A stretch of DNA of 63,069 bases, filler included, from Reticulomyxa filosa (lineage: Eukaryota > Protista > Foraminifera), in assembly GCA_000512085.1 (NCBI GenBank). It is 20 parts of 20 records of this genome, joined end to end, with 100 filler letters (N's around TTAATTAATTAA, not from the genome) between each part and the next. Parts side by side here need not be neighbours in the genome. Positions count along the whole stretch, not along the records: positions 50,922 to 54,685 come from ASPP01001634.1; positions 54,786 to 56,004 come from ASPP01035845.1; positions 56,105 to 57,475 come from ASPP01045250.1; positions 57,576 to 58,815 come from ASPP01037736.1; positions 58,916 to 60,726 come from ASPP01012647.1; positions 60,827 to 61,832 come from ASPP01018587.1; 14 more parts are not named here. One strand, written 5' to 3'. How positions within the stretch are numbered: position 1 is the first letter of the stretch; every line of letters starts with the position of its first letter. Position numbers and translations under genes: made by a program. The notes beneath the pieces were generated by a model. The model did no database searches. It was not told where the DNA came from and saw only the letters and a list, made by a program, of their open reading frames with translations. Positions 50,922 through 61,800 of this stretch are shown piece after piece.

Positions 50922-53900
50922 TTTTTACTTCGAATGATATTAACTGTATTACCATCATTAATGAAACAACATCCAATTGGAACTAAAATATCAAAATCAC
51001 AAGTCTATGAAGCATTCAATGAACAATGGATTGATATTCATGTTAAAAATATTTCAAATAAATTATCAGAGTTAAGAATTCAAACAAATCCCCAAAAAAT
51101 CAAATTTGCACTTCAACAATATTGTCAAGATTTAGGATTTGAAATGTTTATGCAAGGAAATCAAGTTGCAACAGAAAATGATTACAAAATATATGCTAAT
51201 GAAAGCATTTGGAGTCAATTGGATTCAATAATGAGAGCAGAAAGTAAAAACGAGGATAGCGAAACAGAATTAAAAATAAATGAAATTGATGCTTTTGTTT
51301 CAAAAACAGAAGGTTTTTGGAAAAAGTATTTTCATGGCGGCAATGTGGCTAAAAATATATCAAAAGGAGCAAAAATAAATGACGATAAAACACCAGCTAT
51401 AAAATCATTGGATATGTGGGAAAAATATTTTAAAGGTGACAGTATTGCAAAATATGTATTGAGGAGAGTTGGCGATAACAAATATCAATTTTTACATAAA
51501 TCATGTCAAGAATATTATGCTGCACAAAAGATTTTATTTGATATTCTTTCGTGGAAACCAAATGTTGTTTCTGTCGATAATCAACAGTTTCAACAACAAT
51601 TTGAAACATATGTTGAACAATTATCAATCAATCATAAATTATTAAATGAAGAATTAGGGATTATTCAATTTATTGCAGAGAGGATTCATGACAATAATCA
51701 AATATTTGTAAATTTAAAATCAAGACTATTTAGAATGATCGAATCATCAAAGAATAATGAAAATGTTAGTATTGCAGCAGCAAATGCAATCACTATACTT
51801 AATTCAGCAAATGTAAATATGCATTCTAAAGACTGGAGTAATATAAAAATTCCTTATGCAATTTTAGATCATGCATTTCTTGAAGGAACTAATTTTAGCA
51901 ATGCCAACTTAGATCATGTACGTTTTTATCAAACTTGCTTAAACAAGGTCAATTTTACAAATGCATCAATGAATAATATTTACTTTGGAGAATATGCATA
52001 TTTAGAAGGACACGATTTTGTATTGAATGTTCAATTTTCACCTGATGGAACAAAGATAGTATCTTATTCAACTGATTACAAGATTCGAATATGGAATTCG
52101 TCCTCAAGACAACAACTCCACGTACTAGAAGGACATTTGAATGCAATAACTGCAGTTCAGTTTTCGCATGATGGTTCCAAAATTGTGTCATGTTCATGGG
52201 ATAAAACAGTTCGAATATGGGATGTATTATTAGGTCAACAAATTCAAGTGTTGAAAGGACATTCAGGGAATGTGGTTTCAGTAGAATTTTCATCAGATGA
52301 TTCTAAGATTGCATCTTGTTCATGGGACAAAACTATTCGAATATGGGATGTATCGTCTGGACAACAAATTCAATTATTAACTGGACATTCAGATAGGGTG
52401 ATAAATGTGAAATTTTCATTAGATTCTTCTAAAGTTGTTTCATGCTCAAAAGATATGTGTATTCAAGTATGTAATGTACTTTCTGGAACACAGCTTCTAT
52501 TATTAGATGGACATGAAGATGAGGTAACCGGAGTGCAATTTATATCGAATGGATCAAAAATCATATCATACTCAAAGGATAAAACTATTCGAATATGGGA
52601 TGCACTATCAGGTCAACAAATCCAATTATTGGAACATGCAAATGATATAGATGGAATTCAATTATCACCAGATGGTTCGAAAGTTTTATCATATTCAGGA
52701 GATAAAACAATTAGAATATGGGATTTATTGTCTGGAAAGCAACTGCAAGTTCTAGAAACGCCTTCAAGCGTGTGCAGAGCAAAATTTTCATTTGATGGTT
52801 CTAGAATCGTATCTGGTTCAAGTGATGGTACAATTCGACTATGGGATGTATCATCTGGAAAGCAGATTCAAGTATTAGAAGGGCATTCAGGTTATATAAC
52901 CAATGTAGAATTTTTTCCAAAAGGATCAAAAATTTTATCGTGCTCAGCTGATAGTACTATTCGAATATGGGATATATCTTTGGAAAGAGAAATCCAATTA
53001 ACAGGAGAATATCTGGATGTTATAAAAGAAGTTGAATTTTCTCTTGATGGTTCTAAAATTGTATCAAGCTCTGAAGACAAAACAGTGCGATTATGGGATG
53101 TACAATTAGGAAGACAACTTCAAGTGTTTGAAGGTCATTCCGATCATATACGTGGAGTATTATTTTCGTCAGATGGTTCCAAAATTGTATCATATTCATA
53201 CGATAAAACAATCCGAATATGGGATGCATTATCAGGAAAACAGCTGCGATTATTGGAAGGACATTCAAAATGCGTGAAAAAAGTACAATTATCATCAGAT
53301 GGTTCCAAACTTGTATCATGTTCAGATGATAAAACAATTCGAATATGGAATATATCATCAGGAAGACAAATTCAATTATTGGATGGACATTCTGGCGCTG
53401 TAGCTGACGTACAATTTTTGCCAGATGGAAATACAATTATATCTTGTTCATATGATCGAACAATTAGATTGTGGGATGCATTATCTGGTAAGCAAATTCG
53501 GGCATTTGAAGGACACAGACATTTTGTAGATGGGATACAACTTTCACCGGATTATTCTAAATTTGTATCAAGTTCATGGGATAAGACAATTCGATTATGG
53601 GATATATCGTCTGGAAAACAACTCCTTTTATTCGAAGTAGAAAAGGATATAATTGAAGTACGATTTTCTCCAGACGGTACTACAATTGCATCTTGTTCAA
53701 ATGATAAAACAGTTCAATTGTGGGATGTATTGACTGGAAAACAAATCCAAATATTAAATGGACATTCCAATGATATACGGGGAATAAGCTTTTCAATGGA
53801 TGGCTCTAAAATTATTTCGCATTCAGAGGATAAAACTATTCAAATATGGGATGTATCTTCAGGAAAACAAATTCAAATATTAGAAGGACATAATGGACGT

Positions 53901-54146
53901 ATTAACTGCATTCATTTATCACCTGATGGTTCAAAAATAGTGTCATGTTCTGATGATAAAACAATTCGATTATGGGGTAGTGAAAATAGTAAGATTGTCG
54001 ATATGACTAAGGATAGTGTGGTGGATTATGTTTGGAGAGTAGGTATTCAAAGTGGTTTATTAATGAAAGGCAGTATTTGGAAGAAAGCAAAGGGCTTGGA
54101 AGATGAACAAAAATTGCTTGTGAAACAACGTGGTGGAATATTTTGA
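50922..54146 (+). CDS. STAND/NACHT-type protein C-terminal part: winged helix, pentapeptide repeats and 16 WD40 repeats; intronless, 5' partial
   Basis: YQFLHKSCQEYYAA (winged-helix motif of NACHT proteins), AAANAITILN, AILDHAFLEGTNFSNANLDHVRF (pentapeptide). 16 counted GH...FS.DGSKIVS.S.DKTIRIWD repeats. Confidence 0.9.
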   Translation, partial: FLLRMILTVLPSLMKQHPIGTKISKSQVYEAFNEQWIDIHVKNISNKLSELRIQTNPQKIKFALQQYCQDLGFEMFMQGNQVATENDYKIYANESIWSQLDSIMRAESKNEDSETELKINEIDAFVSKTEGFWKKYFHGGNVAKNISKGAKINDDKTPAIKSLDMWEKYFKGDSIAKYVLRRVGDNKYQFLHKSCQEYYAAQKILFDILSWKPNVVSVDNQQFQQQFETYVEQLSINHKLLNEELGIIQFIAERIHDNNQIFVNLKSRLFRMIESSKNNENVSIAAANAITILNSANVNMHSKDWSNIKIPYAILDHAFLEGTNFSNANLDHVRFYQTCLNKVNFTNASMNNIYFGEYAYLEGHDFVLNVQFSPDGTKIVSYSTDYKIRIWNSSSRQQLHVLEGHLNAITAVQFSHDGSKIVSCSWDKTVRIWDVLLGQQIQVLKGHSGNVVSVEFSSDDSKIASCSWDKTIRIWDVSSGQQIQLLTGHSDRVINVKFSLDSSKVVSCSKDMCIQVCNVLSGTQLLLLDGHEDEVTGVQFISNGSKIISYSKDKTIRIWDALSGQQIQLLEHANDIDGIQLSPDGSKVLSYSGDKTIRIWDLLSGKQLQVLETPSSVCRAKFSFDGSRIVSGSSDGTIRLWDVSSGKQIQVLEGHSGYITNVEFFPKGSKILSCSADSTIRIWDISLEREIQLTGEYLDVIKEVEFSLDGSKIVSSSEDKTVRLWDVQLGRQLQVFEGHSDHIRGVLFSSDGSKIVSYSYDKTIRIWDALSGKQLRLLEGHSKCVKKVQLSSDGSKLVSCSDDKTIRIWNISSGRQIQLLDGHSGAVADVQFLPDGNTIISCSYDRTIRLWDALSGKQIRAFEGHRHFVDGIQLSPDYSKFVSSSWDKTIRLWDISSGKQLLLFEVEKDIIEVRFSPDGTTIASCSNDKTVQLWDVLTGKQIQILNGHSNDIRGISFSMDGSKIISHSEDKTIQIWDVSSGKQIQILEGHNGRINCIHLSPDGSKIVSCSDDKTIRLWGSENSKIVDMTKDSVVDYVWRVGIQSGLLMKGSIWKKAKGLEDEQKLLVKQRGGIF

Positions 54147-56104
54147 TGTTTTTATCTATTTTTTTCCCTCAATTAAAAAGTGGTAACATTCAAAATAACT
54201 TTTTTTAATGATATTATAAAATATATTACTTTCTTTTATTTTTGGATGTATAAAGCTCACGAAAACAATAAAAAAAAATTGATTTTTTATTTTTAAAGCT
54301 ATTCAAGGGCTGGTTGTTTTTCATTTTTTAAAGAGCCATTTCATTTCCACTTTTAAAAATAACTGAACTCTTAATAGTTCAGCTGCATTACAACATGTAA
54401 CCAAAACATAACTTTCAAGGGTTGAAGATTTGTCCATTTACGTATGGACGACTTTGCCAAAATGAGAGCGATGGTCATATCTCTTAGTGGATTTCAAAAT
54501 ATGTATTTTTCATAAAAGAACGAAACAGACATATTCTTTTAGTGTGAAAAGAGTAGATTATTTTAGAACCATTCCGGTCTTTCTACGACAATTCTACACC
54601 AATAGGAACAGCAATAAGTAAAAAAAGTTGGGGTTTTTTCAGTCATTTTTAAAAGTGACATATAATTGAGTTTTCTCGCAAATGGNNNNNNNNNNNNNNN
54701 NNNNNNNNNNNNNNNNNNNNNNNNNNNNNTTAATTAATTAANNNNNNNNNNNNNNNNNNNNNNNNNNNNNNNNNNNNNNNNNNNNGTGTTGTTAGAATAA
54801 AGGGTTCCAAAGTTCACTTGGGTTTTGCGAGAATTGCTTATTACGACATATCATGAGTAACAGTAGTTTGTAGAAAAACTCTTTTCTTCAAAGGAGAAGA
54901 AGATATTATAAGAAAAGGGATCAAACAGAATTTTGTTTTAATGAATTCCAAATGTGATTTTTTTTTCTCATTAATTCTAATATTCTACTTTGTTAACAGA
55001 TTTTTCAAAACAGAATTAAAAGAATATAAGTTACTTTTTAGAATTTCAATTTTTATCAATGAAAAAAAAAAACAATTTTTAAACTTCAGATACAGAAATC
55101 AAGTTTTAAAAAGTGTGATAAATTTGCTAATATTTGATTGAGTATAATTACATTTTAAAGTTTAGTTTATATGGGGGATGTAGAAAAAGATCATTGCTTA
55201 TGTTAAGGGATACCATTCATATAATTTTTTTTTTGTTACAATAGTCACAATAAGGAAATGAATCCAGTAGCAGCTTTTTGTTAGTTCTACTAATGGTATA
55301 ATAGTTTTTTATTAAAAAAGAAAAAACAGAATAATCACAAAATCTGAAAAAACAATTTCTCTCTTGATATATCAAAAAAAAATTCTCAATTATAATTGCA
55401 GTTTTGTCACCCTTTAACCGCTTCGCGAATTCGCAATCTAAAAAAACAACACATCATTTTGTTTAATAACAAGAAAATACAATCGACTATTTTAAAATAT
55501 TTTTGATGTATGTCGGTCTGATGATATAAAAAAATGATACAAAAAAACCATTTCTTTCAGGTATTGAGACCTTTATTTTTGGAACGTATGTAACTGAGTG
55601 TTCGTCAAATTGTTAACACACAGCTATGCACCGTTCCAAACATGTGTTCTTCTACACAAAAAAGAAATGTACTAACTTTGTAGTATTAGCAAAGACGAAC
55701 AAATTCCTGTTTATGAAAACAAATCAAACGAAAACTTTTTTTTTGCTGTGGGGTCCTCACAAAAAATCAGTCGACGTCAAAAAAATAAAGGAAATTAATT
55801 ATATCAATAGCCTCATTATTATTTAACTCGAATTACTTAATAAAAAAAAAGGGTGATTTTTAAACTGAATCAAAAAAGTGTTATACATAATAAATTGTTT
55901 GCAAGTGCCAACAAGAAAACTATTCTTTATTATCTTTTTATATTCCTTTGTGAAGTGATTATTCTTTATTAACTGTTTGATACTTTTTTAGAAGTACGAT
56001 TTTTNNNNNNNNNNNNNNNNNNNNNNNNNNNNNNNNNNNNNNNNNNNNTTAATTAATTAANNNNNNNNNNNNNNNNNNNNNNNNNNNNNNNNNNNNNNNN
56101 NNNN

Positions 56105-56598
56105 GTTCTGGATCATTTGATAAAACTATTCGAATATGGGATATTGAAGCAACAAAACAATCCAATGTATTCAAAGGACATACAGGTTATGTGAGGAGTG
56201 TAAAATATGGATCAAATGAATTATTAAATACAATATTATCTGGATCAAATGATTTTACTGTTCGTTTGTGGGATATTCGATCTGGTGGACAAATTCAAGT
56301 GTTCAATAGACACAAAAGTACTGTGATGTGTGTTGAATATTCACCATTTGTGATAAACAATAGTATTGATAATTCAAATGTGATATGTTCTGGATCAATT
56401 GGTAATACAATTCGTTTTTGGGATGTTCGATTAAATAAGAAAGAATTATATTCAATCAAAGGAGACGATAAAAAAGATCGTGGAATAACTTGTCTTAAAT
56501 TTATTTTATTGAAAAAGAAAGGGAATACAAAGAATGCCACATATAATTTGAATTTGTGTTATGGTTCATACAATGGTCCCATTCGAATTTGGGGATAA
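56105..56598 (+). CDS. WD40-repeat protein, 3' fragment
   Basis: SGSFDKTIRIWD, FKGHTGYVRSVKY, LSGSNDFTVRLWDIRSG, ICSGSIGNTIRFWDVR, ends LCYGSYNGPIRIWG*. Confidence 0.9.
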
Positions 56599-57645
56599 TT
56601 TAACTTTTTGTCAAATAAGATATGAAAGTGTTTTTGTAGTATTCATGATATATGTCTTTCTGATTTGAAGAACCGAAATATTAAAATATTATTGTTGTTA
56701 TTGAATTTTTTTAAAGAATACAGCAATAGACATAAAAAAGGAAAGGTTTTTAGTTTGAAAGGCACAGCAAGTAAGGACAGTTCTTTTGATTAATAAATGT
56801 ACTTTGAAATGAATTATATTGATCACTTACAAGAATTTTACTCAAATTAATTATGAATCATTGCAGATGATGCATCAGGAAGGTAAGAATTGATATTATT
56901 GAAACTGCAATAATTTTTTGTTAATCATTTCATTCATTATTTTTGTTTAATTCAATTGTTTTTTATAATATTCCTTTTCTTCTTTTTGTTAACTTTCTCT
57001 TTTATTTCACGTTTTCATTGACTGTCTTGAAGCATGCCAAACACTTTTCAATACCACATAGAATAACAGCATTGATTAGTTTTGTTTGCTCATGTAATTT
57101 TTACAAACAAGTGATTTAAATAAAAATCTTTTGTGGTAAAGTTTGTTATTCTACAACATAACGATAGAAAATATTGACGTACAGAATGCCATAATTGTAC
57201 GTCCCCTTTTTAAAAAATTAAAAAAAGCTTTAAAAAACTTCGTCAGCATTAACAACATGATCCATCAAAATACAACACAAAAATCTTCTGAAAGAAAAAC
57301 TGAACAAACTAAACAAATTCAACTTATTACCTTCTTTCAAACTTTGAAGGAGTTACTTACTCCACTTTCTGAATTTCAGTGTGTAAAAGAAATTTGATTC
57401 ACAAAGCGTGGATAATATTTTTTTAGATGAGTACACAACTCGTAGTTAGAAATCATTGCAAAGAGAATTTATCATNNNNNNNNNNNNNNNNNNNNNNNNN
57501 NNNNNNNNNNNNNNNNNNNTTAATTAATTAANNNNNNNNNNNNNNNNNNNNNNNNNNNNNNNNNNNNNNNNNNNNTATATGTATATGTATACATATATAT
57601 GTATATATTGAAATATGTACATATACATATATATATATATATAAG

Positions 57646-58800
57646 ATTTGGTAGGCGATGATGAAGCACAATTTATTCCCATAAAATATTTGAGTGACTC
57701 AAAATCGGAGCACAATTTGTATGGGAACTTTGAATTCGAAGATAGAGCGAGTGAGTTGATTCAATATTTGATGTGCAAGAGAGATAATAGCGACGACAAC
57801 GACAACGAACATGAAAATGAAAGTGCGAATAACGGAGACGAAGAAAAGAAGAGAGAAGAGGAAAAAGAAAATGAAAGAGACTTGGAAGAAGTGCAATATT
57901 TGGAACATTTGCAACAAGTGTTGACTATTTATGAAAACAAGTATCGACAAATTCTGGTCGACTTGATTCCGAATGTCATTTATTCCAACGAGTCTTTTAT
58001 TGATATTTTGGTGAGATCCGAAGTATCGCGTTATGTTGAGTTTCGAGGAATTATTAATCACTTTGTGTATTTCGACGGAGTCAATGCATCCAAAGTTACG
58101 TAAATGGATAAATATGTATATATATATATATATGCATGCACATATATATATATATATATGTATATATAATTGTTATGGAGTCCATTTTTTTTTTAAAAAA
58201 AAAAAATGGTTGATGGCCTAAACAAAGGTGCCATTGTCGAAAGGCGAGGTGCTTGCCAGCAAGGAATTGAGTATCAATGAGAAAAGACAGCTGATGAAGT
58301 TTATGCAAGTGATGGTGCAAAGGTGTTCGACGTCGACGCATGGAGGCGACTCAAGTGGCAATAGCAATAATGATAGTTGTGACTCCAAGTTGGACCGAGA
58401 CCAGTTTGGAGAACAGTCTTTTGTCAAACTTATGGAAGAGCAGCAGTTGTCTCCCAAAGTGCAAGATTTCATCAAATATGAACTTGCATTTTTGGACAGT
58501 CCTACTGGTTAGTATATACATACATATATATACACATACATATACATATATATGTATAATTTTTTTGTCGAAATGCAAAAAAAAAAGATGCACCCACGGT
58601 CGAGGAAATGCTGCAACGCTTGCGACTATACTTTCAATCGATGGGTCGGTTTTGCGATGGCGCGTTTTTATTTCCATTGTATGGGTGTGGCGATTTGGCT
58701 CAAGGGTTTTGTCGTTCCAGCGCTGTGAAAGGAGGAGTGTTTATATTGAATTGGACTGTGCAAGGCATGGTGGCACAGCCAAGTCTGCTGCAAGTGAAAG
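57646..58800 (+). CDS. Rab escort protein (REP/CHM, GDI superfamily) internal fragment
   Basis: RQILVDLIP, ILVRSEVSRYVEFR, VPLSKGEVLASKELSINEKRQLMKFM, YFQSMGRF..GAFLFPLYGCGDLAQGFCRSSAVKGGVFIL. The acidic insert is typical of REP rather than GDI. Confidence 0.9.
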
Positions 58801-58915
58801 AAAAAGAAAAAAAAANNNNNNNNNNNNNNNNNNNNNNNNNNNNNNNNNNNNNNNNNNNNTTAATTAATTAANNNNNNNNNNNNNNNNNNNNNNNNNNNNN
58901 NNNNNNNNNNNNNNN

Positions 58916-59634
58916 GGCTTATTTTGTTACGAAACAGTATTGCAACTCGACAAGGACTGCGTTGTGTCTGGACAAATTGGAAGGGCATTATGAAATTGAG
59001 AAAGCTGGATGGAATTGAGATTTGCAGCATTGACAAGGAAGGAATCAACGGGATTGATGGTGGAGCAAGACCCATTGAAAAAGGGTAATACGGACACTTG
59101 CAGACAGTTATCTCCATTGTGCACGATGTTATTGTCATTAGGTAAGCCGTCGTTATTCTGGATGGAAAGGTACAATATTTCATTCAAAATTTGTTGATCA
59201 TTTGGATTCGTTATGTCCAATTGGGGCAATAACTCATTTGTTAACATATTCGTATATTCATAACCTTGCATGGAGTGCAACCCTTCACACCCTCCTGTCC
59301 ATCCGTGCTCTGTCCTCGTCATGTTCCTTGTTCCTGCTACATTGCCGCTCATGGCTATGTTTTGCTGAGTCATACAATTTTCAAACATATCTTTGCTCTT
59401 TTTATATCCCGTGTTTCCGTTCCCTCTCGAACATTCCACACAAAAATATCCATTGGTACTATTATTGCCACGGCTTGCGCTCATCATCATCGTCGATGGC
59501 ATCGATTGCTGATTGTTACAATGCAAATAATGAGGATATCCATAGCTCGGCACCAAATTTGCATATGGTTCATGTTCTACGTTCAACGGGTCGTCAACAT
59601 ACACTTTGTCTACGTCATGCATATTCAACTCCAT
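58916..59634 (-). CDS. N-terminal Asn/Met-rich exon of an unknown protein
   Basis: Long open frame MELNMHDVDK...SSCNT ending near a GT donor at the contig end. No recognisable domain. Confidence 0.5.
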
Positions 59635-59747
59635 TTCTTCTTTTTTCCAAAAATAATTCATTTTTTTTTTTTCCTTTCTTTCTCAAAAACTTTTTCAACT
59701 TTGTTAGTCGTTGATGGCGACTTCTAGTTTTTTTTCTTTTTTGAGTT

Positions 59748-60501
59748 CCCCTTTGTTTACAAGTTTTTACACAGTTTCTGACCAAGCAAACTTGACTACT
59801 GATTGTTTTCCAATATATCTTTTTTGATAATACTATTTTCATTTTAATCAATCTGCTCAGATGAAAATAATCACAATAAATGTTAACACTGAGACGGGCT
59901 TGGTTATCTGAGATGATGCTAAATAAGAATTAGGAACGAAATCTTTTTATGGTATATGCATTTTTAACACTTTGAAATTAGTTGATTAATATCTTCTAGA
60001 CTTATGCAAAAAAAAAAGACTTATTCATTTCGATTTGTTATTCAAAGCAATCAATTTTTTTGTCACTGAAAATGAAATAAAAATAATAACATGGATTTAG
60101 TTCTTATTTTTTATTTTATTCTTTTGAATCTCTAAACAAAGACATAAATCGCAGTTAAATTTAGTCGCTTTGGTCATGTAATTGTGGATTGCAACTTAAT
60201 TTGATTCAGCCCAATTCAATTCATAATCAATCAATGTTTTTTTTGACTTCGAAAATGAAAAAAGTGATTAATTAATGTAAGTGTTAAAGACATAAATACA
60301 ATTTTATTTCCAATAATGTAAAAAGATTTCATTCCTAATTCTTATTTTAATATTGTTTCAATTAATCAAGTTCATCTCGTTAACATTTATTGGAACGGAT
60401 TGATACAAATGAAAATAGTATTATCAAAAAAAGATATATTGAAAAATACTTAGTAATCAAGTTTGGTTGTCAGAAGCTGTACAAAGACTTAAACAAAGGG
60501 G
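59748..60501. repeat. Long imperfect inverted repeat (arms ~59748-59985 and ~60265-60501)
   Basis: CAATATATCTTTTTTGATAATACTATTTTCATTT is mirrored (apart from run length) by AAATGAAAATAGTATTATCAAAAAAAGATATATTG; AAATAAGAATTAGGAACGAAATCTTTTTA by TAAAAAGATTTCATTCCTAATTCTTATTT; CCCCTTTGTTTA by TAAACAAAGGGG. Confidence 0.9.
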
Positions 60502-60839
60502 TTTTCTGACTTTAATAAGACAATGAAATTGTATCCAATTGTAATGAATTGGACTGTATTTAAATCAAACACATTAATTTTATTTTTTGAATAGTGATAA
60601 ATAGCAAATACTTTTTTTCATCAATTGTCGCATAAATTTAAAAAAAAAAAGAAGAAAGAAGCGAACCTCTGTTTTTTTGCAAAGATCAATGTACCCTTTG
60701 AAAATGCAATTAATGGTTTTTTCGACNNNNNNNNNNNNNNNNNNNNNNNNNNNNNNNNNNNNNNNNNNNNTTAATTAATTAANNNNNNNNNNNNNNNNNN
60801 NNNNNNNNNNNNNNNNNNNNNNNNNNATATATATATAAT

Positions 60840-61800
60840 ACCACTGGAAAATTCACTGATAAGATATTCCAAGAAAATGTAATAACCGTCTTTATTTTCG
60901 AGCACTTGATTCAAAGTGAGATCTTGATTCTCCTGAGCTTGAGGGTCTTGCTGCACGATGCTCTTCGACCTAATGCGGTCGAACATAACGTCCAACGCAC
61001 TTTTTTGGCGCTGGCGCTGGCGCTGCTGGTTCAAAAGGACTGTCCGCGTGCTCGTGGACAAGGGCAGCACTGTGTCAAAGTCATACTTGTACTTGTACAG
61101 CAGCCACACGACCGAAACAACAATCACCGAAAAAAACCCGAGGTTGAGCACCACAAACAAGCTGATTAGCAATCCCAGTCGGTAACTGCGGTGAAGAGAG
61201 CCGAACAGCATCACCAAGTGGACAATGAACACCACTGCTACTGCCACGGAGCATACAATTGCGAGTAATTTCATCTCATCTAAATTCTCCCCCCCCCCTC
61301 TCTCTCTCTTTTGTCTCAGGTATACGTACATAGACATATGTGTCCCCCCCCTTTTCTAGTGAGTACATGCGTTGTTTGGAAAATATTCATTTTCAATTAT
61401 TAATGTATTCCTTTCCCCTCTTTTTATATATATATATCTCTCTCTTGTGATAAACAACTGAGCTTGCAGTACCTCTTAAGAATAAACTGTCACGATATGG
61501 TGATATGTTGGTAGTCAAAGACGCGATGAAAATAATAAAAGCAAAGTTGATTGCATAGACGACGACAAAGGTGGACTCAATGTTTACCCATTCTCGACAA
61601 GCCACCGTCAACAACACGCTGAGAAGGAACGCACAAATACCAATCATTATCACCGATTTCGAATTGCCACAAATGTTCCGATACGCTATCCATTTGCTCT
61701 GTGGCACATTCATTTGCAGTCCTGTGCTGCTATCCAAATTGTGACGGTCTCGCATTTCATGCACTTCAAACTTCATAATCGCTTCTTGGTATTTGAAATC
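60840..61800 (-). CDS. Multi-TM protein with C-terminal RGS domain (7TM-RGS-like), internal fragment
   Basis: Four hydrophobic helices with a YRDSLFLR.E loop, then LTLNQVLENKDGYYIFLEYLISEFSS, the start of an RGS box (cf. L..LL....G...F..FL..EFS.EN). Confidence 0.75.

Noticed and set aside
19312-58800. Rab18 and Rab escort protein (also myosin, CAP-Gly) as a functional gene cluster
   Set aside because: They sit on different contigs, so co-occurrence in this window is arbitrary.
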